Shown here piece after piece: positions 11,524 through 21,695 of a stretch of 64,000 nt of DNA. The stretch spans positions 124,001-188,000 of the forward strand of contig NIVC01002068.1 of assembly GCA_002269645.1 (NCBI GenBank). The letters are read 5' to 3'. A program made the translations under genes and the position numbers. The notes below the pieces were generated by a model. The model was given only the letters and a program-made list of their open reading frames with translations. It ran no database searches and was not told the origin of the DNA. Position 1 is the first letter of the stretch. Every line of letters starts with the position of its first letter. The stretch is from Macrostomum lignano. Its lineage: Eukaryota.

Positions 11524-12483
11524 ATGACAGATGAGAAACTTAAAAAACTCTACTACAGCGACAAAGGATTCTTTGTAGGAAAAAATGCCGTCACCAAACT
11601 CGCAGAACTAAGTAAGGAACCAAAAGCAAAAGTAGAAAAGTGGCTCTCTAAGCAGGCTGTCTTTCAAGTCTATTTCCCACCTGTTATATTTACAAGACCT
11701 CACTTTAGCATCTATAAACCTAATGAGGCGCACCAAGCAGACTTATTGTTTCTCCCCAACGACTCAGGCTACAAGTATGCTCTTACAATTACAGACGTTG
11801 CCTCCAGATATAAGGAAGCGAGACCGCTTAAGACGAAGAAGTCAGAAGCAGTTGCAGCCGCCCTCCAAGATATTTATAAAAACTCACCCCTTAGTTACCC
11901 TGAAATCTTTATGACGGACCCGGGTAAAGAATTCATGGGTGCAGTGAAATCACTTCTACATAAGCATGACACAAAAATTCGCTATGGAAGAACTGAGCTA
12001 CACAGAGACCAGGCTTTTGTGGAAAGATTCAATCTAACTCTAGCCAAGAGACTATTCACTAAGCAGACAGCTGAAGAGCTGAAACTAAAAAGTGGTCAGT
12101 ACTATACCAAGTGGACAGACCGGCTCCCCACTGTTATAGAGCAACTGAACAATGAAGTCACGCGCATGACTGGATTGAAACCGTCCCATGCAATTAAACA
12201 AGACACTGTCGAACTTAAGTCATCTCATAGAACAGACACCTCGAACTACCCTAAGCTTCCAGGAGTTGAATCACCATACATACTGACAAACTCTGAGTTT
12301 CAACGCTTTTTATATCTACCTGGAGAGCTAGAGAAAGACACCAAAAGAAGAGCTACAGATCCATACTTCAGCCTTGATGTACATAAAATAGACAGACATT
12401 TTACCTCCGACTCCGGTGACTATTACTTTTTATCTCAGGTCTTTAACCCTAAATCCCCCACGCGGTCATTCACTAGAGCTTAA
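11524..12483 (+). CDS. Polinton retroviral-like (DDE) integrase
   Basis: HQADLLFL, TITDVASRY, MTDPGKEF, QAFVERFNLTL. An in-frame tail (LLVIPADTEIN, to 12519) follows the TAA, suggesting a premature stop. Confidence 0.93.
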   Translation: MTDEKLKKLYYSDKGFFVGKNAVTKLAELSKEPKAKVEKWLSKQAVFQVYFPPVIFTRPHFSIYKPNEAHQADLLFLPNDSGYKYALTITDVASRYKEARPLKTKKSEAVAAALQDIYKNSPLSYPEIFMTDPGKEFMGAVKSLLHKHDTKIRYGRTELHRDQAFVERFNLTLAKRLFTKQTAEELKLKSGQYYTKWTDRLPTVIEQLNNEVTRMTGLKPSHAIKQDTVELKSSHRTDTSNYPKLPGVESPYILTNSEFQRFLYLPGELEKDTKRRATDPYFSLDVHKIDRHFTSDSGDYYFLSQVFNPKSPTRSFTRA

Positions 12484-12535
12484 CTCCTAGTGATACCAGC
12501 TGACACAGAAATTAATTAAAATATTAAAATAAAAA

Positions 12536-12981
12536 ATGACAAAGATTGAAACCAGAACCATCAATAAACTCAATAAAATCATTGAATCAAAGAAACCAGG
12601 TATTATATCAATTAAAGGTGTCAAAGTAAAAATCGATCCCACGCAGCAAATACTTCAGTGTAATGAGCAAAGACACAGCATCACAGATGAAAAGTCAGGA
12701 GGAATCCTACCATTAGCAGCTCTTATCCCGATTATTGCAGGCGCTGTAAGTGCTGCAGGTGGTGTAGCTGGAGGTGTAGCAACTGCTGTTAAAGCTGGTA
12801 ATGATAGAGCCCACCAGCTTGAATTGCAAAAGATTGCAAGAGACAAAGGTATAACAATTAAGGCAGAGAGGGCTGCCCCAATCGTGATGATTGTGAGAAT
12901 GAAAATTCTGTAAGCAAGTCTGACATTGTCAAAGCAATCATGACACTGCACAATGCTGGGTTTACAATAATGCGCATGTGA
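12536..12981 (+). CDS. Adenovirus pX/mu-like core protein; apparent one-base deletion at ~12860
   Basis: KSGG|ILPLAALIPIIAGAVSAAGGVAGGVATAV resembles adenoviral pX (GGILPLLIPLIAAAIGA) after a GG protease-cleavage-like site. Adding one A gives the C-terminus ...SKSDIVKAIMTLHNAGFTIMRM. Confidence 0.7.
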
Positions 12982-13122
12982 ATGTGAATGTGGATGTGAT
13001 GAGGTTTAAAACCCCGCTTTATCCAGCTTCATAAACCTAACGCTACTTATAGGATGTAGAAACAGTTCAACTTTTCTATCAGGGTGGTAACCCTCAAAAA
13101 AATTTTTATTTTATAGAAAAAA

Positions 13123-16100
13123 ATGCCAAAAGCCAATCCAGCAAAAGATTTAGTCAACAAATATTTTTCAAAAGGCGTCTCATTTCAAGAAAAAAGTAAT
13201 TTACTAAGAGAAGCATGTAAACAAAAGTTTAACACCGACCCTGGTCACCTGGGAAGCTATGAAAAACAGTTGGAAATCATCAATCAATTAGAATCCAACC
13301 AATATGCGCCTATACAAAATCCTGCAAAGGAACACCAAGAGAGGAGTCGCAACTTAGTTAACAAATACGAAACTCTCACTGGTGAAAAAGCAAAGTACCC
13401 ACAAAATAAGCAGGAACAAGGGAAATTAGAGCAATTAATCCATTTAAAAGAGTCGGAGCTTGCCATTGAAGAGATTAATTTTGCACAGAGGAAGTTTACA
13501 GAACATTACATAGAGTACACAATCCCAATAAACGGCACCACCGCAAACATCTACGACCATAAAGACAGCATCCAATCAGTTGTTGATCACACACTCAAAA
13601 CACGCAAGACCTTTAAACTACAGATATCATTCAAGATTGCGTTTTATATGCCTGCGAAACCCACTGAGCATCTCGAGTATTACATGACAACAAAGGCAAA
13701 ACCATTCACCCCAACAGACACACTGGATCCTTTCCTTCAAGATGTCAATAAGAAAATTGAAGCGTTTACATCCAGAGGTTCCGGATGGGTCGTGGGAGGG
13801 ATTCAAAGAGCGACTGTCATGGTCATGAAATATGACCCACTTAAAGCCTCCTCTTATATAGAGCTCCCACACAAGCTAGCCGGCAAAAAAGCTTGCATAA
13901 ATGTTAAAAATAAAGACAATTGCTGTGCTCTATGGGCAGTTCTTTCTGCACTTCTTTATGATAGTGTCCCTCACCACCCCGAAAGAACCTCAAATTATCA
14001 AAATTATTTCAACTACTATCTCATCGAATGCGAAAAGAAGGGAATCAGGTTTGACAAAGGAGGCTTGGCAATCTCTCAGATCCCAAAGCTAGAAGAAGTG
14101 TTTAATAACAAAATTAGAATCACAGTCTTTGAGTGGAGTGAGAAAACTGAAAAAGTTCAACCGGTCAGATGTAGCAAAGACGTTTTAGATCCTGAGGGGA
14201 AAAGGCGGACTGAAGTGGATCTTCTAGTGATTGGTAATTTACTAGAGGAGGCTCACTATGTTTGGGTTAAAGATCTTTCAAGACTCATTCACAAGCAGTT
14301 GAATAATCATCACGAGGCTGTTGCCATCTGCCGCTTGTGCCTTAAGCATTACAGTGGACCTGAACGCTTTGAAAAGCTAACAGAGCATGAATTATCATGC
14401 GAGGATCACCCGACAAACTGCTCTCTTCCTTCAGCTGAAGAGAAGTATCTCCGGTTTAAGAACTATCACAAGATGGAGAAGCTCCCATTTGTTGTATATG
14501 CTGATTTTGAATGCTCAATCATGCCAGAAACTCAAAAACATGTCCCCAATTCAGTAGCATATGCCTTTATTAATACAAAAGGACTTGTTGAGTCTAATTA
14601 TTTCTTTGGAGACCAGTGTGTGGAGCAGTTTATTGCCAGAATGTTAGAGTTGCAAAGAGTAATTAGCACCCTTCAACCTGTTCCAATAATGATGACTGAG
14701 GAGGATGAAAGCAATTTCCTATCAGCAACTCATTGCCACATCTGCAGGAAACAGTTAACTTGCACTGATTTTTAAAAACCCCACCGTTAGAGACCACTGC
14801 CACTATACTGGGAAATTTAGAGGTGCAGCGCATAACACCTGCAATCTAAAGCTAAAATCGAACATTCATGATCTAACGATATTTTGTCACAACGCAAAGA
14901 ACTATGACATGCATTTAATAGTTGAAAAAATCGGCATGATTCCAGACATACACCTTGACTGCATCGCAGAGAACAAGGAGAAGTTTAAGTGTGTTGATAT
15001 TAAACAGGATAATTCGGGTACAGGTAAAATAAGACTGAAGGATTCATATCAATTTCTAGCTGCCAGTCTAGACGAACTAAGCAAGAATCTAAAAGATGAA
15101 CAATGTACATATACTTAAGATATTTGCAAGTAAAATTAACAACAGTGATGAATCATTTAAACTCCTGAGAACCAAAGGCTTCTACCCCTATGAGAATATT
15201 ACTGGTTATCACGTATTTGAAGAAGGTTTACCACCACAGGAGAAGTTCTTTTCAAAGCTAACAGACTCTGAAATCTCTGACAAAGACTATGAGCACGCGA
15301 AGCATGTCTATAATTATTTTAATTGTCAAAACTTCTTCCAGTATCACCTGCTTTACCTCTTCACAGATGTGTTTCTGCTGGCCGATGTGTTTGAAACCTT
15401 CAGATATACCTGGTACACAGCATATGGCCTCGATCCAGCACATTATGTGTCTCTGCCTGCCACTAGCTGGGAATCTTTGCTTAAAATGAAATGGGATCAA
15501 GATCCAGATTGGTACATTGAACTTCTTACAGACATTGACATGTACAATTTTGTCGAATCGTCAAAGCGAGGGGGAATCTCAATTTGCACCCATAGATATG
15601 CAAAATCAAACAATCCCTACATTGAATCTTACAATAAGGAGCAGCCCTCAAACTACATTACTTACTTGGACGCTAATAATCTCTACGGGTGGGCGATGAG
15701 TCAAGATCTTCCAGTTAGAGATTTTCGATGGCTACCCTCATCAGAATTCAAACGGGACTTTTCATTGGCTGCCATTTATGAGGTTGATGTTTACATTCCA
15801 CCAGAGCTTCACGACTATTTCTCTGACTTTCCACCCTTCCCAGAGAACATCAAGTGCCCGAAAATAATCGAAACTCCCAATGATAATAATGGAACTTGGC
15901 ACCTGTCAGGAACAGAAAAAGAACATACAGAGAAACTAACACAGAATCTAAACAACAAGACACGTTACAAAATCCATTACAAACTGCTTCAGTATTTTAT
16001 CTCACTTGGTTGCAGGGTCACTAAAGTTCACCGGGCTCTTACATTTACAGAGGAAGCGTGGATGAAACCCTACATTGATAAGAATACCCAGTTTAGGACC

Positions 16101-16942
16101 AAAGCAACCAACGACTTTGACAAGAACCTCTTTAAGTTAGCCAACAACTCTGTCTATGGCAAGACTCTTGAGAATGAGCGGAAAAGAACAAACCTGAAAC
16201 TTGTTACCTCATCAGAGCCTGCTGTTATTCAGGCAAATATGTCAAAGCCAACATTCAAAGAACTCCATATCTTTAATAGCTACTTAGGTGTGATCATATT
16301 TTACAAAACCAAGGTGACGCTGCGCAAGCCGATCTATACAGGTGTCACTGTACTCGACGAATCAAAACGTTGATGTACCAGTTCTTCTATGGCATGAAGC
16401 AGCAGTACAAGGATAAAATGAAACTCTTGTACACTGACACAGACAGTTTTATTATGGACATTCAAACAGAAGACATTTATCAGGACATGCTGCAGCAAAA
16501 AGATTTGTTTGACTTGTCTGAGTATGATGAATCTTGCAGGACACAGAATGGCGATCAAGTGTTTGACGCCACTAACAAGAAAGTGATTGGGAAAATGAAG
16601 GACGAGATTGCTGGTGACATAATCACTGAATTCATTGGGTTGAGAGCAAAGTCCTATTTTGTAAAATGTGAGTCGTCAGACCCAATTAAAAAATCAAAGG
16701 GAATTCCGAAACGTGTGGTTAGGAAGGAAATTAATGAAGCTGAATACAGAGACGCCTTGAATTGCAACAAAAAGACATCACGTGAGTTCTCAAAGCTACA
16801 ATCTAAAAACCATATTATTCACACAATTCAGCAAAAGAAGATTGGACTGTCAGGTGCAGATAACAAGAGATTCATTTTTGATGACAATATCAACAGTCTG
16901 CCGTTCGGGCACTGGAGATTAGGTTTAGGAGGTGGAGGTTAG
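13123..16942 (+). CDS. Protein-primed family B DNA polymerase (pPolB) with an OTU-like region and inserted endonuclease-VII-like Zn domain; three frameshifts (~14770, ~15112, ~16365)
   Basis: ExoI YADFEC; CHIC...RDHCHYTGKFRGAAHNTCN; HNAKNYD; RLKDSYQF; YLDANNLYGWAM; KLANNSVYGK; YTDTDS. Adjacent ORF pieces join by single-base shifts. Confidence 0.95.
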
Positions 16943-17052
16943 GTTCGGGCACTGGAGATTGGGTTCGGGCACTGGAGATTAGGTTTAGGAGGTGGAGTTT
17001 AGGTTTAGTTTTAAGAGAAAGTTTAATAAACCTCATAAAAAATGACATAAAA

Positions 17053-17460
17053 ATGACGACAAATAACTTTCTTGAAGATTTGGCTAACGAACTGGAAATC
17101 CCAAACTTTAGAGGAATATTTATGAGGGACACTCTGCCTGATTTTCCTCTAAGAAAGGAATGCGGCATCATGAACTTTGACACCACCGATAAGCCAGGAT
17201 CTCATTGGGTTTGCTGGGTGATTGATCCCGATCGCAAGCACAAGTGTTATTACTTCGATAGCTATGGGACGGCAGTACCAGAAGAGCTAAGAAATTATAT
17301 GAAGGGAAAAAATAATAAAAAAATTTACCACTCAGACTTTATTCTTCAAGGTCTTAGCAGTGATATTTGCGGTGAGCTGTGCATGACTGTTTTGTATGCA
17401 ATGACCAAAACACGAAAGACCTACAAGGAAATTATTCTTGGCTTTCCCGGTGTTTCATAA
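17053..17460 (+). CDS. Adenain-like cysteine (maturation) protease, 135 aa
   Basis: GSHWVC (His), YFDSYG (Asp), LQ...DICGELC (Gln/Cys) catalytic motifs. Confidence 0.92.
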   Translation: MTTNNFLEDLANELEIPNFRGIFMRDTLPDFPLRKECGIMNFDTTDKPGSHWVCWVIDPDRKHKCYYFDSYGTAVPEELRNYMKGKNNKKIYHSDFILQGLSSDICGELCMTVLYAMTKTRKTYKEIILGFPGVS

Positions 17461-17464
17461 AAGT

Positions 17465-18132
17465 TCATTGTACATTTCTCGTCGTCCTTCTTGCCGAATT
17501 TTTTGCCGAATTTCTTTCCGCATAATGTTGAAAAACTTTCTCGAGTTCATTTTTCAGCTGACTCATGTCATCAGTACCGACCATGTTCAAGTTCATTCGA
17601 ATTGATTGTTCATAAAGATCCTGAATGGTTTTGAACTCATCCTCTGAAATGAACTTATCATCGATTGCCCTTGAAATGTACCCTATGATTGAAGTGTGCA
17701 CCCCTTTCTCTTTTACTTGCTTCTCCTGTAGCTGCTTTAGTTTTTTTCGCCTGTTTCGCGCTACTGCTCCAGTAATTGCTGAAATAAGTCCACATGCAGC
17801 ACCCACAGAGCCGAGCGGGATTGCGATTGGGGCTGTGATGACTGGCAACACTGAGACAGCTGCAGCAGATCCAGATAGAACAGACACAGATCCTAGAATC
17901 ATATTGCTGTAGTCGAAAAATTTACAGTGGCTGTCATAGCGCTTAATTTTCTTTGTGTCGTGGAAAATATTTTTTTCAAGATCATCGCGCATTTTTTGAA
18001 TCTCCACCAGTCGAAACTGTTGAGAGTTACAAGTAATGACGGGGTAGAGTTTTTTTGCTCATATTGGGGTGCACTAGGTGCACTAGGTGTTGTGGGAGCA
18101 TTCTGATCATAAAGAGAATTTTGAGCATCCAT
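17465..18132 (-). CDS. Gasdermin-X-like membrane protein of adintoviruses; one-base frameshift in the T7 run at 18050-18056
   Basis: Corrected N-terminus ...SAPQYEQKKLYPVITCNSQQFRLVEIQK, a long Gly/Ala-rich hydrophobic hairpin, and ISRAIDDKFISEDEF; pattern recalled from Polinton accessory proteins. Confidence 0.65.
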
Positions 18133-18242
18133 TTTTTAAGAGAATTTTTTAAAAAAAATCGACAACTAGTTGGTGGTGTTAGATTTGTTTTACGTTTGAT
18201 TGCTTCGTCTGCAGTCACGGCAACGGGTCTCTTCGAATCTGC

Positions 18243-18989
18243 CTATTCATTGTCTGTGAGCTCCATTCTACGTCTGATCTCAAACAAGTCGGTTGGATCA
18301 CTTATTTCCCTTGTGCAGGTCTGTGGTGCCTCTTCAGCGTCAATGTTTTTGAGATTATGCAAGCGTTCAAGACGACTGATTCTTCTCAACGATTTCTGCC
18401 ATTCGGTAAAAATTAAATCTAAAAAGACTTTAATTGTATCAATTCTTACTTTGATTTGATCATGCAACGCTGTTGACTGAGTCATGAACTCTTCTAAATT
18501 CCTCACTTTACCTGTGTTGGTTGCGACGTTTTCTTTAATTCTATCATGCAATGCTGTTGACTGGTTCATGAACTCTTCTAAATTCCTCACTTTAACTGTG
18601 TTTGTGAAAACTCCTTCTTCAAGAATGCGCATCCGCCTATCAATGGAGTTTCTCAGAAGATTAATTGTCGATGCTAAATTTGTTCTTAAACCGTTGATTT
18701 GCGAGACTGCCGAAGTTATTTCTGACCTTAGTTCATTAGTTGCGTGTACAACCTGTACATAAAGCTTATCACTTTCAAACTTCTGCCTGGCTACTTTTAT
18801 GCGGAGATCTTCTATGTTTATCTGTAGCTGGTGCATGGAGCGCTCTAATTGTTTCAGTCTGTTTTTATTCAGTTTGATCTCTGGGATCTCTTCGTCGCTG
18901 TTGATATATCGCCTGTCAAGGATGGATATTTGAGCTGATGTAAGAGCGCTGTTGCCAGAAATGGATTCACCTGCAAAGTTTATTGACAT
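18243..18989 (-). CDS. 248-aa coiled-coil protein (possible fibre/spike) with an internal 28-aa (84-bp) tandem duplication
   Basis: Heptad-rich ORF; TNTVKVRNLEEFMNQSTALHDRIK / TNTGKVRNLEEFMTQSTALHDQIK. Confidence 0.7.
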   Translation of the reverse strand: MSINFAGESISGNSALTSAQISILDRRYINSDEEIPEIKLNKNRLKQLERSMHQLQINIEDLRIKVARQKFESDKLYVQVVHATNELRSEITSAVSQINGLRTNLASTINLLRNSIDRRMRILEEGVFTNTVKVRNLEEFMNQSTALHDRIKENVATNTGKVRNLEEFMTQSTALHDQIKVRIDTIKVFLDLIFTEWQKSLRRISRLERLHNLKNIDAEEAPQTCTREISDPTDLFEIRRRMELTDNE

Positions 18990-19005
18990 CTTTTAATAGC
19001 AAATT

Positions 19006-19806
19006 TTAAATTACAGTTCTTTTTTCTTTGCTGATAATCACAAACTGGTAAGGCTGATTCCACTTGTCATAGCAAAGATTAACGAATTCCTCTTGTGAAA
19101 TCTTTCTGCTTGAGTTTTTTGTTGGATTTATGAAATAGGCAGGCGCAATGACCTCATTGTAAAATCTTTTTAACCTGTCCTGTGGAATGGTTGGAAACAG
19201 GAGAATCAGATTGCAGTTCCCACGAATTGTTTTGTTCGGGAGCTCGAACCAGTTCTGTGCAATGTAAATTACATTACAATTGTTATGTCGTCCTCTTGTA
19301 AAATAGTTTTCTATCTGCTTCTGTGGGCCTGTCATACAATCATCAAAGACGATCAAATGCTTTCTCCCCTTTTCTAGCTCATCTGGTTGGGGTAGAAGTT
19401 TGGTCTTTGGATCAGCCTGTGGATCTCCATAGGTGAACACTTTAATGTTCTGCCATTTTTCATTGTCTTTGAGGTGCTTTGAATATTCAGCAGCTACAAT
19501 TTCTGGGTTACTGGGAAGGCTCATTTGGTTATTAAAACATGCAATAATGTCCTCTTTGTTCAGCTTGTTTTGAAACCCTGCAATCAACATTCTATACTCA
19601 TCTTGATACAGTGTGGGAGAGTAGATGTGCAGAGTGTCATAGTCGATAAAGCCAGGTCTAAGAAGCATGTTAAAGACTCTGAATGTTTTACCTGAACCTG
19701 ATGAACCAACAACAATGCATCTGAAGTGACTCGGAATTGACTCGTGATGAGAAAACTTAATCTGATTACGCGTCCAGTGAGGATTGAAGTCGTTTGAAAA
19801 GTCCAT
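19006..19806 (-). CDS. A32/FtsK-like genome packaging ATPase
   Basis: Walker A VGSSGSGKT, Walker B LIVFDDCM, FTRGRHNNCNVIYIAQ. Confidence 0.95.
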   Translation of the reverse strand: MDFSNDFNPHWTRNQIKFSHHESIPSHFRCIVVGSSGSGKTFRVFNMLLRPGFIDYDTLHIYSPTLYQDEYRMLIAGFQNKLNKEDIIACFNNQMSLPSNPEIVAAEYSKHLKDNEKWQNIKVFTYGDPQADPKTKLLPQPDELEKGRKHLIVFDDCMTGPQKQIENYFTRGRHNNCNVIYIAQNWFELPNKTIRGNCNLILLFPTIPQDRLKRFYNEVIAPAYFINPTKNSSRKISQEEFVNLCYDKWNQPYQFVIISKEKRTVI

Positions 19807-19825
19807 TTTTTCTATGACAAAAATT

Positions 19826-19990
19826 AAATAATAAGTCATTTAGATGTGTCATTTCGGGACTTGAATGTGTCGTTTTGGGACTTAGATGTGTCATTTTGGG
19901 ACTTGGATGTGTCATTTTGGGACTTAGATGTGTCATTTTGGAACTTAAATGTGTCATTTTGGGACTTAGATGTGTCATTTCGGGACTAGT
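19826..19990. repeat. 21-bp tandem repeat (AGATGTGTCATTTTGGGACTT) x~7-8; minus strand reads (MTHLSPK)n
   Basis: Read directly. Confidence 0.9.
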
Positions 19991-20012
19991 CTTGTACCCT
20001 CGGAAAGTACCT

Positions 20013-20402
20013 TTAGTCAAATTTGAAACCACTTCCTTTTTTAATGCTTGCTCTCATCTTCTCATAGACTGCAGGGTCCACACTGTCTGGGTTTGGGGCC
20101 AGCGGGGCCAGCGGGGCCAGTGGAGGTTGAATCTCTTGTTTAGGTGTTACAGTATCCTTTATCTTTTTGGCTGCTGTGGCTACACTGCCAGCCACTTCGG
20201 CAACGTTCTTGATGTTCTCTTTGTTCTCTCCAATGACCTTAAAAATCTTAGCCCCCTGAGCGATCAAATCAGCAAGGCCATTCCCAGAGCGTTCTTTTCT
20301 TGGATAGTGGCCTGCAGGGAAAAGTCCAGATCCGCGTTTAATGAGATTAAGTTCCTCTTTGTCATAGTATTTGTCAATGTCTTTTTCGAAAATAAGAGGC
20401 AT
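20013..20402 (-). CDS. 129-aa putative virion core protein with three GxG motifs (KRGSG, RSGNG, KKGSG)
   Basis: AAAAATG start at 20402; amphipathic segment GLADLIAQGAKIFKVI after a GxG site, as in protease-processed Polinton core proteins (inference). Confidence 0.65.
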   Translation of the reverse strand: MPLIFEKDIDKYYDKEELNLIKRGSGLFPAGHYPRKERSGNGLADLIAQGAKIFKVIGENKENIKNVAEVAGSVATAAKKIKDTVTPKQEIQPPLAPLAPLAPNPDSVDPAVYEKMRASIKKGSGFKFD

Positions 20403-20418
20403 TTTTACTTGAAATAAA

Positions 20419-21665
20419 TTATTTTTTGTTGAACCGCGAAAGCAGAAGCTCTCTCGCCCTCTTATCGATGTATTTTCTCTCAAGCATTTTGTCCAGGATG
20501 TTGACAAATTCTTTTCTATTTTCATCTTTCATTCCGGTCTTTGCCGCTCCTAGAAGAACCGCTACTCGCTTGTAGATTTCAGAAATTCCTTTTCCAGTTG
20601 AGGGCGGTTGGTCTTGGGGTTGTGGAGTTGGTTGGGCTTGTAGCTGCTGGGGAGGTGATGCAAAAGACTGCTCACTTTCAGAGATGGAACTGTCATGTGG
20701 TGCCTGTCTTTGTTGAGGTGTGAAAACTCTTTGATTGATTCTTTCATTCGATCTGGAGAGTGTTGTTCTAAGCGTTGCCAGTCTGTTGGGTTTTGTTTCT
20801 TATATTCAGCTACTTTCAAAGGGTCTAACTGCTCGAGTTGACTGAGTACTTGTTCTTCTGTGAAATGTTGCTGCTGTTGTGGCGGTCGTTGTTGTTGTTG
20901 TGGTTGCTGTTGCTGTTGTTCTAGATATTTCATCTGATCAATGACTTCCCCCTGATCTGGCAAACCAAACCATTGTTTAAAGTGCTTGTACTTTTTGAAT
21001 TTAGTCAGGTTGACACCGCCATTGTACATGTGTTTCAGAACTTCTGGGACCTTTAGTATTTCTATATCTCTAGCAAGAGAAAAAGTCACTAGATCTCTGT
21101 AGTTCTTTAGCTGCTTGTCCGAGATTCTCTCTTGGTTCTTGGTCATAAAAGTCAGTAAGGCGTCTGTGAAAGGAATTTTCATAGCTTCTGAGCCTTTGAC
21201 AACAGAAATATTTTCCTTATTTATGTCGATATAATATTCCACTGGTTCATTATAAATGTTTTTTCTCCACATACTTATTCCAAATACATATTTCCCATCA
21301 TGTTCGACACGCTCTACTGGTCCAAAAATGTTATCTGTCACTTTTAGTTGCTGTTGTGGTTGTGATTGTTGTGGTTGTGATTGTTGTGGTTGCGGTTGTA
21401 TCTGTCGTTGCGGTTGTATCTGTGGTGCTTCTGGAATTTTTCCCAAAGCCTTTTGCACCTGGGTTTCCTGTATGTCGTCGATAGTTTCTTTGACCTGATC
21501 AATATTTTTCTTAGCTTCTCCATACCCGGGTTTATGAAACTCTGTGGCTGCTTGGACAAACTCATTGTAGGATTGTTGCTCCTTATTTATTAGCCTGGTA
21601 ACTCTCTTTTCTGCCTGCGCCAGCTTTTCTAGTTCAGATATCTGCTGTGTACTTTTTCGCTTCAT
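20419..21665 (-). CDS. Conserved Polinton Gln-rich protein; frameshift in a 4-base run at 20723-20726
   Basis: Adding one T extends the ORF to TGKGISEIYKRVAVLLGAAKTGMKDENRKEFVNILDKML...RFNKK*, matching the recurrent Polinton GxG..RL.LL.G...G...E...IL..L motif. Confidence 0.7.
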
Positions 21666-21695
21666 TTCTTATTTTATTTTATTTTTAGTTAAAAA

